Assembly (NCBI GenBank): GCA_963663225.1
Contig: OY760142.1
Coordinates: forward strand, 1,280,001 to 1,344,000
Length of the DNA: 64,000 nucleotides
DNA from: Nitrospirota bacterium
GTDB taxonomy: Bacteria > Nitrospirota > UBA9217
Direction of reading: 5' to 3'
Part shown: positions 41,219 to 50,952 of the stretch, piece after piece
Numbering within the stretch: position 1 is the stretch's first letter
How the letters are laid out: each line of letters opens with the position of its first letter
Translations under genes and position numbers: made by a program
Notes under the pieces: model-generated
What the model was told of the DNA's origin: nothing
Seen by the model: the letters and a program-made list of their open reading frames with translations, nothing else
The model's database searches: none

Positions 41219-41746
41219 ATGGAAAAGAATTTACTTGCCAGCGCCGGTTGCTCGCCCGAAATCATTGCCCACAGCATACTCGTATCGGAAAAGGCGTGCG
41301 CTATTGCCCGGCGCGTAAACATAAATTATGATTATGCATTGATACGGCGTGGAGGTTTATTGCATGATATCGGCAGATCAAAAACGCATGGAATAGAACA
41401 TGCGCTTGTAGGCGCCGGCATTGCGAGGAGCTACGGCCTCTCTGAGGAACTAATTCGTATTATAGCACGTCATATTGGGGCCGGCATCACCGCCCACGAA
41501 GCGGAACGGCTTGGGCTGCCGAAAAAAGATTATCTGCCGCTGACACCGGAAGAAAAAATTGTTTCCTACGCCGACAATCTCACGTGCGGCGTAAGAGAGC
41601 TTTCATTTGCGGAAGCATTGGAACGCTTCAAAGCAATGCTTGGGCCTGCCCATGAGGGTATTGCCCTCTTTCTCAAACAGCATCATGAAATACGGTCCTG
41701 GATGCAGGAAGCGCCAGACGGAATGTCAGGTGAAAATTCACCTTGA
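41219..41746 (+). CDS. HD-domain phosphohydrolase (TIGR00295-like)
   Basis: H...LLHDIGR...H...RHIGAGI...EEKIVSYADNL. Confidence 0.8.
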   Translation: MEKNLLASAGCSPEIIAHSILVSEKACAIARRVNINYDYALIRRGGLLHDIGRSKTHGIEHALVGAGIARSYGLSEELIRIIARHIGAGITAHEAERLGLPKKDYLPLTPEEKIVSYADNLTCGVRELSFAEALERFKAMLGPAHEGIALFLKQHHEIRSWMQEAPDGMSGENSP

Positions 41747-41782
41747 AAAAAGCACTATTTTTTTTACGCAGGCACATCTTTA

Positions 41783-41811
41783 TTGTCTGCCTACAGTGCT
41801 TATGGTATAAT
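41783..41811 (+). promoter_or_regulatory. sigma70-type promoter for the NHL protein operon
   Basis: TTGTCT-N17-TATAAT with extended TG. Confidence 0.6.
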
Positions 41812-41913
41812 AAAAACACTCTTTTTCGAAACTATTCATCGGTTCCAATACTACACAAGTATGCCGGATGTTGATGCATTACGGTCGCTTGTTGTAGCCG
41901 GAGGTACTGTTCT

Positions 41914-44900
41914 ATGGCAATTTTGTGGCGCATATGTCTCTTTATTCTTCTGATTGCACCCGCGGCCTCTGCATACCAACAGATAGATTTCCTGCGTGAA
42001 ATCGGTGTGACTGATAAGCAAACAGGACAAGCAGGCAGATTAGACGCACCCCGTGCGATGGCCGTGGGAGGGGAACTATTATACGTAGCCGATACTGATG
42101 CGCACCGTATTGCCGTTTTTGACCAGAGTGGAAAGATGGTGCGTACCTGGGGCCTGAAGGGGAGCAAATCCGGTCAATTCAGACGACCCGCCGGCATAGC
42201 ACTTGATGAGCAGGGGAAAATTTATGTTTCCGATACAGGGAACCATCGCATTCAGGTATTTACCGCCGAAGGAAAACTGATACGCAGTTTCGGAGTCAAA
42301 GGAAGCAGCCCGCGTGAGTTCAACAATCCGCATGGAATTGCTAGTGTAAAGGGGCTTCTGTATGTTGCGGACACCGGCAACAGCCGCGTTCAGGTGATGA
42401 CCAATGATGGCATCTTTCTTCATCAAATTACCGTAAAGACAAAAAAAGAAGAAATGGAAGCACCGATCAGTGTTGCCGTTGATACGCAAAACACGCTGTA
42501 TGTCCTCGACGCAGATGCATGCAATATTCGTATCTTTGATGCTCTTGGAAATCAACTCCGTGTTTTCGGTGCACGCGGAAGCGGACAGGAAGGATTCGAA
42601 AAGCCACAGGGTATTGCGGTGGACAACCGGGGAATAATTTATATTGCAGATACGGGAAATTTCAAAGCAAAAAAATTCAACCCCGGAGGAAAGCTGATCG
42701 CCTCCATAGGAGCCGAGGGCGATGGCCGCGGACAATTTCGTGAAATTGCAGGGATAGCTGTTGACCCGGAATACCGGATATGGACGCTTGATGCAGGAAA
42801 AAATACGATCCAGCTTTTCACCAGCGAGCGGGATGATTCCCCATTGCTTGCTCCTTCATCTCCGTTGCCGATTCCGGAGATATCAAAAGACCTGCCCGGC
42901 GAGGCAACTGCCGTTGCGTTCAATAAACGGTTGTGGGGGCTGACCGGAGACTCGCTTGTTGCGATAGGCGATTCTGGCGGGGGCCGCTCGATCGGTTCCA
43001 GCGGCAGCGACCCCGGTCTTCTAAAAAAACCCCGGGGGATGACAGTCGACAGTCAAGGAAACTTCTGGATAGCCGATACAGGCAATGATCGCTTGCAGAA
43101 GTTCAGTTTGGAGGGCAGCCTGCTGCAGGTACTGGGTAAATCCGGGGGTGGTGAGGGAGAGTTTAATTCACCAGCCAGCATGGCAGTAAGCCCGAAAGGT
43201 AACATTTATGTTGCAGATACCGGAAACCGGCGGATACAGGTTTTTAGTCCAAAAGGCGTGTTTCTCGGTGCTTTTGGCAAAGAAGGGAGCCAGTCCGGCC
43301 AGTTTAAGGAGATCGTTGACATCACGGTTGATGCAGCTGAAAATATCTATATTGTCGACCGGGGAAACGACCGGGTAAGCAAGACAGACAGCAACGGCAC
43401 GCTTCTCTGGGAAGCCGGAAAAACCGGCAAGCAGGAGGGAGAACTGCAGAGCCCCGAAAATATACTTGTTACTGCGGACGGTGAAGTTTTCGTGCTTGAT
43501 GCGGGGAACGCACGCATCCAGGTTTTCAACAGCAGCGGAAAATTTCTGAGGAAGTTCGGCAGTGAAGGGTCGGAACCCGGCACGTTCAGCAATCCTCAAG
43601 GAATGGCCCTTGAAGAGGGGCGCCGGCTTTTTGTCGGCGACCCTGGCAATAAACGGATTCAGACTTTTTTGCTGAAATTTACCCCGGAGACGCCGAAAGA
43701 AGTTACTGCTCAGGCGAAAATTAACGAAATTCAGCTGAGCTGGAAGCCAAACGCAGAGACCTATTTCCAGCACTACAATATTTATCGCGCCGCTTCTCCC
43801 GCGGATGCATTCAACCTTATCGGGACGGCAACAGCACCGTTTTATGTGGACAAGAACCTGCCGAGCAACCATACGTATCAATACCGCGTGACCAGCCAGG
43901 CCTGGGACGGAAATGAGACCGCCTCTTCAGCTGTGGTGCACGCCACGACACCGAAGCTGGTTCCAGCGCAACCTAAAAAAATACGCATCGAGGCAACCGA
44001 AAAGCATATAACGCTTTCCTGGCTTCCCAATACAGAGCCTTTTGTTATGCAGTATCGCGTCTACCGCTCGAAACAACCAACAGCCGGTTTTGAGCTTGCA
44101 GCAAAAAGCGAAAAGACCATTTTGCTGGATGGACCGCTTGCCGATGAGACGCTTTATTACTATCAGATCACAGCGGTGGGAAAGGAAGGGGATGAAAGCC
44201 AACCAAGCGAAGTTGTGTTCGCGGCAACCCCTAAAGCCCCTCTTACCGCGCCTCCGGTTGAAATCAGCTCGATTGAGCTGGGAGAAATTTTTGCTTCCGC
44301 ATATAAGTACTATGAATCACATCCGCTCGGAAAAGTTGTGATTGCAAACCAGACCGACCGGACCTATACGAAAGTTAAAGTAAGCTTTTCCGTAAAAGAC
44401 TACATGGATTTTCCTACAGAACTGGAAATAGCTACTCTGGCCCCGAAGCAAAAAGTTGAACTGCTGTTGAAACCGGTTTTCAGCAATGCCATTCTGGACG
44501 TGAGCGAAAACACTCCGCTTCAGAGTGAAATTGCCCTTACCTACCATGTGGGAGGAGAAGCAAAAACCATTACCCGGAGCTTCCCGGTAATGCTGTACGA
44601 GAAGCATGCAATTCGGTGGGATCAGAAGGAGAAAATCGGAGCGTTTGTCACGTCAAAAGATCCGGTCATCAATGACTTTACCAGGGCCGTTGTACAGCCG
44701 TATGTGGACGCCTACCCGAATTTGGACAAGTCAATTGTATATGCGCGGGCGATCTACGCAGCCCTTGGAGTCATGGGAATTTCGTATCTCGTGGATCCGA
44801 CGCCGTTCCAGGAGTTTTCCGAAAATACCACGATCGTGGATTACACGCTGTATCCCCGTGATGTCTTAATCAGAAAAAGCGGCGACTGCGATGGTCTCTC

Positions 44901-45705
44901 TATAATGTTTGCCGCTGCTTTGGAAAATATCAGCATAGAAACGGCTGTTGTCGATGTGCCGGGCCATGTCTTTGTGATGTTTAATACGGGAATACCGGAG
45001 CAGGAACGAAAAACGCTCGGTTTTCCGGATGAATTGCTGGTCGTATACCGCGGCACCGTCTGGTTGCCGCTGGAGATGACAATGGTAGGGTCGTCGTTTA
45101 CGCAGGCCTGGCAGAAAGGTGCAGAAGAATTCCGGGACTGGTCTGCAAAAGGAAAGGCGGATATTATCAGCATTCATAAGGCGTGGGAGCTTTTTAGACC
45201 GGTCACGCAGCCTTATACAGATTTTAGTCCTGAAAAAATCAAGCGCGAAGCGATTGAAGAAAAATACAAAGATGAGCTTGAAAAGCTTGCACGGCAGCGT
45301 CTTGCCAATCTGTCCGCGGGGTACCGTGCAACACTGAAAAAAAATCCTGGTGATCTGGAGTCCCTGGGACAGCTCGGCATTCTCTACGGAGAAAACGGCA
45401 TGACATCCGAGGCGATGGAGCAGTTCCAGAAAATGCTGGCCCACGACAAAACCAACGCCTTAGCGTTGAATAATATCGGAAACATCAGTTATTTACAGGG
45501 CAGGTTCGACGACGCCCGCCAGGCTTATGAGGCCGCGCTCAAGTCAATGCCGGACGATCCCGGGGTCATGGTAAACCTCGCCCGCGTTCTGCACCATTCG
45601 GGCAAAAAAGATGCTGCCAAGAAGTTGTTCCAAAGAGCAGCCGCACTTGATCCGCGCGTAGTACGGCAATACGCCGACCTTGCCGGAAGCCTGGGTATAA
45701 AGTAA
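41914..45705 (+). CDS. Exported protein: NHL beta-propellers, two FN3 domains, transglutaminase-like domain, TPR
   Basis: Signal peptide; about 11 P.GIA...YVADTGN.RIQ.F repeats; LSW...YR...Y.Y.V FN3 pairs; SGDCD...VPGH...WLPLE; C-terminal TPRs. Confidence 0.85.
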   Translation: MAILWRICLFILLIAPAASAYQQIDFLREIGVTDKQTGQAGRLDAPRAMAVGGELLYVADTDAHRIAVFDQSGKMVRTWGLKGSKSGQFRRPAGIALDEQGKIYVSDTGNHRIQVFTAEGKLIRSFGVKGSSPREFNNPHGIASVKGLLYVADTGNSRVQVMTNDGIFLHQITVKTKKEEMEAPISVAVDTQNTLYVLDADACNIRIFDALGNQLRVFGARGSGQEGFEKPQGIAVDNRGIIYIADTGNFKAKKFNPGGKLIASIGAEGDGRGQFREIAGIAVDPEYRIWTLDAGKNTIQLFTSERDDSPLLAPSSPLPIPEISKDLPGEATAVAFNKRLWGLTGDSLVAIGDSGGGRSIGSSGSDPGLLKKPRGMTVDSQGNFWIADTGNDRLQKFSLEGSLLQVLGKSGGGEGEFNSPASMAVSPKGNIYVADTGNRRIQVFSPKGVFLGAFGKEGSQSGQFKEIVDITVDAAENIYIVDRGNDRVSKTDSNGTLLWEAGKTGKQEGELQSPENILVTADGEVFVLDAGNARIQVFNSSGKFLRKFGSEGSEPGTFSNPQGMALEEGRRLFVGDPGNKRIQTFLLKFTPETPKEVTAQAKINEIQLSWKPNAETYFQHYNIYRAASPADAFNLIGTATAPFYVDKNLPSNHTYQYRVTSQAWDGNETASSAVVHATTPKLVPAQPKKIRIEATEKHITLSWLPNTEPFVMQYRVYRSKQPTAGFELAAKSEKTILLDGPLADETLYYYQITAVGKEGDESQPSEVVFAATPKAPLTAPPVEISSIELGEIFASAYKYYESHPLGKVVIANQTDRTYTKVKVSFSVKDYMDFPTELEIATLAPKQKVELLLKPVFSNAILDVSENTPLQSEIALTYHVGGEAKTITRSFPVMLYEKHAIRWDQKEKIGAFVTSKDPVINDFTRAVVQPYVDAYPNLDKSIVYARAIYAALGVMGISYLVDPTPFQEFSENTTIVDYTLYPRDVLIRKSGDCDGLSIMFAAALENISIETAVVDVPGHVFVMFNTGIPEQERKTLGFPDELLVVYRGTVWLPLEMTMVGSSFTQAWQKGAEEFRDWSAKGKADIISIHKAWELFRPVTQPYTDFSPEKIKREAIEEKYKDELEKLARQRLANLSAGYRATLKKNPGDLESLGQLGILYGENGMTSEAMEQFQKMLAHDKTNALALNNIGNISYLQGRFDDARQAYEAALKSMPDDPGVMVNLARVLHHSGKKDAAKKLFQRAAALDPRVVRQYADLAGSLGIK

Positions 45706-45780
45706 AGTTCTTGCCAATGCCGACAGCAATACTAAAATTACACGATCCCACATTTGCAGCCATGACCAAGGAGGTCTGAA

Positions 45781-46299
45781 ATGATGAAAAAAACAGTTTC
45801 TTTCCTAGCGGCTTTTGTTCTCTGCTGCACGACGGTGCTTTTGGCGCAGGACAAAACCGAATCAACTCTGTCTGCTTGGCTAAAAAGCATTCAACAGAAA
45901 CTCGAGCAAATCGTCCCTAAAAAATCACTTCCCATGGCTACAGGCGTGGCGGGGACGCGCGGCGCAAAGGATGACACCTCGGTCAAGCTGTACTGGAAAG
46001 GCAAAAAAGGCGATGAATCGGTGACCGAAGAAGAGCTGCTCAAATTCAAGGCAGGCGTGGATTTGGCCGGGAAAGGCGACCGTGAGGGGTCGGTCAAGGC
46101 ATTGGATGATTTTATGAAACAATATCCTGACAGCGCATTGATACCCGATGCTAAAAAAACGTTTGATCTGGTGAAGGCAGAGAGCACACCCGAAGGGAAA
46201 ATTGAGAAAAAAGCGGAAACAGACGAAGTAAAAAAAGAAACCAAAAAAGAAGTAAAGAAGAAGGCTAAAAAAGCGAAAAAACAAGATGAAGGGAATTAA
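45781..46299 (+). CDS. Exported TPR-like protein with GVAGTRG motif and Lys-rich tail
   Basis: Signal peptide, AGGAGG RBS, FMKQYPDSALIPDA TPR-like turn, KKETKKEVKKKAKKAKK. Confidence 0.75.
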   Translation: MMKKTVSFLAAFVLCCTTVLLAQDKTESTLSAWLKSIQQKLEQIVPKKSLPMATGVAGTRGAKDDTSVKLYWKGKKGDESVTEEELLKFKAGVDLAGKGDREGSVKALDDFMKQYPDSALIPDAKKTFDLVKAESTPEGKIEKKAETDEVKKETKKEVKKKAKKAKKQDEGN

Positions 46300-46357
46300 C
46301 AATACTGCAACTGTTCTCTAGGCGCACGGAGCGGTGCTCTGTGCCATTTCCTATTTC

Positions 46358-46385
46358 AAGGCAGGGAATTTTCCCTGCCTTTTTG
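46358..46385 (+). terminator. Intrinsic terminator after the NHL/TPR gene pair
   Basis: AAGGCAGGGAA/TTCCCTGCCTT stem followed by T run. Confidence 0.8.
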
Positions 46386-46455
46386 CTTGCAATCGGCAGT
46401 GGGTGCAGCCATTTTTTTCTGGATGTTTCCCTGCTGATTTGATAGTCTAGTCCGC

Positions 46456-47715
46456 ATGCCACATCGAAGAACTTCAAGAACACCCTGGGCTTTTATCCCG
46501 TCGCTTTACTTCGCAGAAGGACTGCCTTACGTACTGATCAATACGGTTTCGGTCATTCTCTACAAACGCATGGGCGTTGATAATGCGAGCATTGCTTTCT
46601 GGACCAGCTGGCTTTACCTGCCCTGGGTCATTAAAATGTTCTGGGGGCCGGTTGTAGACATTTACTCCTCCAAGCGCGTCTGGATACTGAGCACGCAGGC
46701 AGCCATGAGTATATGCCTGTTTGGCATCGCGTTTTCGCTCAGGAGCGAGTCGTTTTTCTTTCTTTCGCTTGCTGCGTTCAGCGCCGGCGCTTTTATTTCC
46801 GCAACTTATGACATTGCCACAGATGGTTTTTACATGCTGGCACTCAGTGAAAAAGAGCAGGCCTTTTTCGTAGGCATCCGGTCCGCTTGTTACCGGTTGG
46901 CCATGATTTTCGGGTCGGGGCTTCTGGTCTATCTCGCGGGGCTGCTCGAAACAGCAAGCGGCGACATTGCCCGGAGCTGGTCTTTTGTGATGGCTGCTTC
47001 CGGCCTGCTTCTTGGAGCCGCCCTGATTTACCACAAGTTCATGCTTCCGGTTCCCGCGGTTGACGGTGTGCGCGCGCTCAGAAACAATGCAGACAGCGTA
47101 TCATTTGCAGAAGTCATCCGCGCATATTTCAACCAGAAGAAAATCGGAATTATTCTGGCATTCATCCTTCTTTATCGGCTTGGCGAGGCTATGCTGCTGA
47201 AGCTTGTTTCGCCGTTTTTTCTTGATTCACCTGCCGGGGGAGGATTGGGGCTTTCAACGCAGGACGTTGGTCTTGTGTACGGTACCGTAGGGGTGCTGTG
47301 TCTCGTTTTGGGCGGCGTACTTGGTGGGGGGCTCATATCCCGCTTTGGCTTTAAACGCTGTGTCTGGCCCATGGTGATAGCCATGCACCTTCCTGATCTT
47401 TTCTTCGTTTATATGGCCTATTCACAGCCGGCGATTTGGCTCGTTTACCCGCTTGTAGCAATGGAACAGTTCGGCTATGGTCTTGGATTCACGGTTTTTA
47501 CCGTGTATCTTATGTATGTAACGCAGGGAAAGTACAAGACGTCTCACTATGCCATTTCAACCGGAATTATGGCTTTAGGCATGATGCTGCCCGGGTTTGT
47601 AAGCGGCTGGATCCAGGAAGCGGTAGGGTACAGAGTGTTTTTTGTCCTTGTTTGTTTTCTGACAATTCCGGGCGTATTGACCATCCCATTTATTCCAAAA
47701 GACAACATAGAATAA
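46456..47715 (+). CDS. ampG: AmpG-like MFS muropeptide permease
   Basis: SLYFAEGLPY, LPWVIKMFWGPVVD, SATYDIATDGFY, YRLGEA. Confidence 0.8.
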   Translation: MPHRRTSRTPWAFIPSLYFAEGLPYVLINTVSVILYKRMGVDNASIAFWTSWLYLPWVIKMFWGPVVDIYSSKRVWILSTQAAMSICLFGIAFSLRSESFFFLSLAAFSAGAFISATYDIATDGFYMLALSEKEQAFFVGIRSACYRLAMIFGSGLLVYLAGLLETASGDIARSWSFVMAASGLLLGAALIYHKFMLPVPAVDGVRALRNNADSVSFAEVIRAYFNQKKIGIILAFILLYRLGEAMLLKLVSPFFLDSPAGGGLGLSTQDVGLVYGTVGVLCLVLGGVLGGGLISRFGFKRCVWPMVIAMHLPDLFFVYMAYSQPAIWLVYPLVAMEQFGYGLGFTVFTVYLMYVTQGKYKTSHYAISTGIMALGMMLPGFVSGWIQEAVGYRVFFVLVCFLTIPGVLTIPFIPKDNIE

Positions 47716-47790
47716 ACCTTTCATGCGAAGGAAGGATCGTCATGTGGAGAAAAAGCGAAAGCCGGGTTAAATGCCAGCGGGGTTCCTCAG

Positions 47791-48039
47791 CTATTCTTTC
47801 CAGTTGCCGGATAACACATAGCCGATAATGATGCCCAGAACAATGTTGGTCGTTCCTCTGTCGAGTTTATCGTTGATGCCGAGAATGATCAGAAGCGGCA
47901 GTAAAAAAACAACTGCCAGGAATTGGATTGCCCGTATTCCCAGCGTCGCGTTCTGTTTAGTTACCAGATAAAAAACACCGTACAGGCCACCTGCCATAAT
48001 AAGTGCCACTATTATGCTTATCCACAGCTGCTGATACAT
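47791..48039 (-). CDS. Small 3-TM hypothetical membrane protein (82 aa)
   Basis: AAGGAGG RBS before ATG at 48039; three hydrophobic segments. Confidence 0.7.
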   Translation of the reverse strand: MYQQLWISIIVALIMAGGLYGVFYLVTKQNATLGIRAIQFLAVVFLLPLLIILGINDKLDRGTTNIVLGIIIGYVLSGNWKE

Positions 48040-48257
48040 GGTTTTACCTCCCTTAACGGACTTTTTTGCACGCGCAGATAAAGAAGCGTGTTGCATTATA
48101 ATGAACAAAAGGCGTTTTGTCAAAGGGGTAATAACGTTGGAATCTGGATTATCGAAACTTACACTAGTTTCTTCGTTAAAAAGCGGGTAAAATGTCGAAA
48201 AATGCTGCCTTCTTCCGGGAGCAGGTGGTACAATGGGAAAACGCAACGGGGTGATAT

Positions 48258-49184
48258 ATTAACAAGGTTCTCTGTCTATTCGGACTGATTATAGCAGCAG
48301 GGTATGCGTGGAGGTATTTCAACCCGGGAGGCATTGACCGGCACCGGGTGCGGCATGTGTTAAGCGTGGCCGTCCTGAATTTCTTTCTGGTGGCATTGGC
48401 GTTTAACCTTGTTGCTTCTGCACGGTTCGACCGGACTTTTCTCCTTATACCTTTGACGGGAGTCGTCGCCATTGTTGCTAGCATGACTGTCGGGTTCGGT
48501 GTTTACGCGTTGCTTGCCCGCTTCGTTCATATCCCACGGCCGGTATTCGGCGTAATGATCTTTGCCGCGGCATTCGGCAATGTGATTGTTCTTGGCCTCC
48601 CGGTTATTGTCGAACTGCTTGGTCCTGAACAGGCATACGTATCAATCCTGTACGACCAATTGGCGGCGACGCCGATATTGCTGACCATCGGAGTATTCAT
48701 AGCCGCCCGGTATGGAAGCGGAAAAAGTGTCTCCCTTGCATCGTCGCTGAAGCGGGTAGGCATGCTTCCGCCGCTTTGGGGCGTTGCAGCAGGGATTGCT
48801 GCCCATCTCGCGGGAATAACGGTTCCTCAATTCGTGATGGACGCCACTGCACTTATGGGCGGTGTGGTGGTTCCGGTCATGATCTTTATGGTTGGGCTTG
48901 CCCTTGATTTTCAGGACCTGAGGCGGCTGCCGATAGCAATTCCTGCCATCGCAATCAAGCTGCTGGTGGCGCCAGTGCTGGTCTTGGGTATCGGCTCGTG
49001 GTTTGGCCTTACGGGTAGTTCACTCAAAGCGGTGGCGATTGCAGGGGCCATGCCGGTGATGGTGACGTCGCTGGTACTGGCAGATGAGTTTAATCTGGAT
49101 GTGCCGCTTACCGCGCTGTGTATTGCGATATCGACGGTTGGACTTTTTTTTACCATGCCGCTTATGCAGAGAATGCTTTTTTGA
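48258..49184 (+). CDS. AEC (auxin efflux carrier) family transporter; start uncertain
   Basis: FGNVIVLGLP, PPLWG, KLLVAP, AMP motifs; the frame stays open and hydrophobic upstream of GTG 48348 back to 48255. Confidence 0.8.
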   Translation: MNKVLCLFGLIIAAGYAWRYFNPGGIDRHRVRHVLSVAVLNFFLVALAFNLVASARFDRTFLLIPLTGVVAIVASMTVGFGVYALLARFVHIPRPVFGVMIFAAAFGNVIVLGLPVIVELLGPEQAYVSILYDQLAATPILLTIGVFIAARYGSGKSVSLASSLKRVGMLPPLWGVAAGIAAHLAGITVPQFVMDATALMGGVVVPVMIFMVGLALDFQDLRRLPIAIPAIAIKLLVAPVLVLGIGSWFGLTGSSLKAVAIAGAMPVMVTSLVLADEFNLDVPLTALCIAISTVGLFFTMPLMQRMLF

Positions 49185-49243
49185 AAAAAAAGCACGGGAC
49201 ACACAATGCCTAAAAGGGCGCGGTTGTTTTTTGGGGATATTTC

Positions 49244-50146
49244 ATGGCATATGCCGGTGAAGGCAAAAGATTTCTCGTCGATATCCACGTTCATGGCGCG
49301 GAACAGTACGATACCCGCACGCGGCGGGAAGAAGATATCCTTCGCATGGCCAGGATTCATGGAGAACGCGGAACCGGACTTGTTCTGCCAACCATATACC
49401 CGGGCTCTCTTGTGGACATGCGAGAGAATATAAGCGCTGTAAGGCGCGCGATGCAGGCACAACGGGAGGGGGCAAAAATTTTCGGGGTGCATTTGGAAGG
49501 CCCGTTTCTGAACAGCAACTGCGCCGGCGCCTTGGACAAGAGCAGTTTTGCAGAACCCTCCCTCGACATGCTTTCGCGCCTGGTTTCCGGCTTTGAGGAC
49601 ATTATAAAAATCATCACGATTGCGCCTGAGCTGCCGGGAGCGCTCCGTATCATTGAAGTGTGCAGGGGAAAAGGTTTTCTCGTCCAGATGGGCCACAGCA
49701 ATGCAACCTATGAACAGGCGGAAGAGGGAAAACGTGCCGGTGCTACGGGTATTACCCATGTGTTTAATGCCATGCGGGGTTTCCACCACCGAGAACCGGG
49801 TCTTACGGGGTTCGGGCTCATGGATGAGGACCTGTACGTGGAAGTGATCGCAGATATGGTTCACGTCCATCCGCAAAGCCTCAAGATGTTGTTTGACATG
49901 AAATCAGCGGAAAAAATTCTGCTTATTTCCGATTCAGTAAAAGGTCCGGGCTGGGGAAACGGCCCTCTGCGGGGAGCCGGCGGCATGCTGTTGGGAAGTG
50001 GAATAGCTTTGGCAGATGCGGTAACAAATCTGATTGAGCACGGGATACCTCCGGAACGGGCCTATCAGTTTGCCTCGGATAATCCTTTGGCATATTTGGG
50101 CATATCGGATCTTGACCGCGTGGCGCCCAGCTTGCCGAATGCCTGA
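49244..50146 (+). CDS. nagA: N-acetylglucosamine-6-phosphate deacetylase (short form)
   Basis: DIHVHG, GVHLEGPFL, TIAPE, GHSNA, THVFNAM, IADMVHVHP, ISD. Confidence 0.88.
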   Translation: MAYAGEGKRFLVDIHVHGAEQYDTRTRREEDILRMARIHGERGTGLVLPTIYPGSLVDMRENISAVRRAMQAQREGAKIFGVHLEGPFLNSNCAGALDKSSFAEPSLDMLSRLVSGFEDIIKIITIAPELPGALRIIEVCRGKGFLVQMGHSNATYEQAEEGKRAGATGITHVFNAMRGFHHREPGLTGFGLMDEDLYVEVIADMVHVHPQSLKMLFDMKSAEKILLISDSVKGPGWGNGPLRGAGGMLLGSGIALADAVTNLIEHGIPPERAYQFASDNPLAYLGISDLDRVAPSLPNA

Positions 50147-50229
50147 TTGTGCAACACGATGAACAGCATATGCGCGGTTTTTCCGTTCGTGTCTCTGTGC
50201 TGTCGGAATCTCATGAGGGGTGTTTTTTT

Positions 50230-50883
50230 ATGAAGCCAGTCAGTCTTCTTATCTTTGATCTGGACGGAACGCTCGTCGATACGCTCGGCGACATAACCGC
50301 GTCGACCAATTTCGTGCTCGGCCGCTTCGGCAGGCAACCGCTCGAAATGCAGACTGTTCGCCGTTACGTGGGAGACGGGATCGGCAAGCTCGTCGAACGC
50401 TCCTTCGGCGGCAGAGCCGAAAACCTTGCAGAGGCAGTTGCGCTGTACAAGGAACACCACCGTCAAAACTTCACGACCCACTCTGCGCTGTACCCGTCGG
50501 TCAGGGCAACACTGGAATGTTTCAGTCAGATTCCGAAGGCGGTTATTACGAACAAAAGCATGGAGTTCTGCAAGCCATTGCTTGAGCACCTCGGGATTGT
50601 GCAGCATTTTGACATGATTATCGGCGCGGATTCCGGCCTGCCGCTCAAACCTGCTCCGGATGCTATTTTCAGGATCATTGAAAAGCACGCTATTTCCAAG
50701 GAACATGCGGCAATTATTGGGGACGGCACGACGGATATTCAGGCAGGCAAAGCGGCGGGTATTATTACTTGCGCGGTCACATACGGATTTCGTTCTGAGG
50801 AAGAGCTGAAAAAAGCAGGGCCGGATTATACGATTCATACCATGGCGGACTTAAAGAATATTTTTGTTCCGGTATCCGTCTGA
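50230..50883 (+). CDS. HAD-superfamily phosphatase (Gph/MupP-like)
   Basis: FDLDGTLVDT, TNK, KPAP, IGDGTTDI. Confidence 0.88.
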   Translation: MKPVSLLIFDLDGTLVDTLGDITASTNFVLGRFGRQPLEMQTVRRYVGDGIGKLVERSFGGRAENLAEAVALYKEHHRQNFTTHSALYPSVRATLECFSQIPKAVITNKSMEFCKPLLEHLGIVQHFDMIIGADSGLPLKPAPDAIFRIIEKHAISKEHAAIIGDGTTDIQAGKAAGIITCAVTYGFRSEEELKKAGPDYTIHTMADLKNIFVPVSV

Positions 50884-50952
50884 TTTTTTTGTGTATGCCG
50901 GGCTGGACCGCTGCCGTCCCAAAAAACTGCATAGCCTAAACTGAGGAAAGAC

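Noticed and set aside
48018-48026. Perfect DnaA box TTATCCACA
   Set aside because: Single copy inside a CDS; expected by chance
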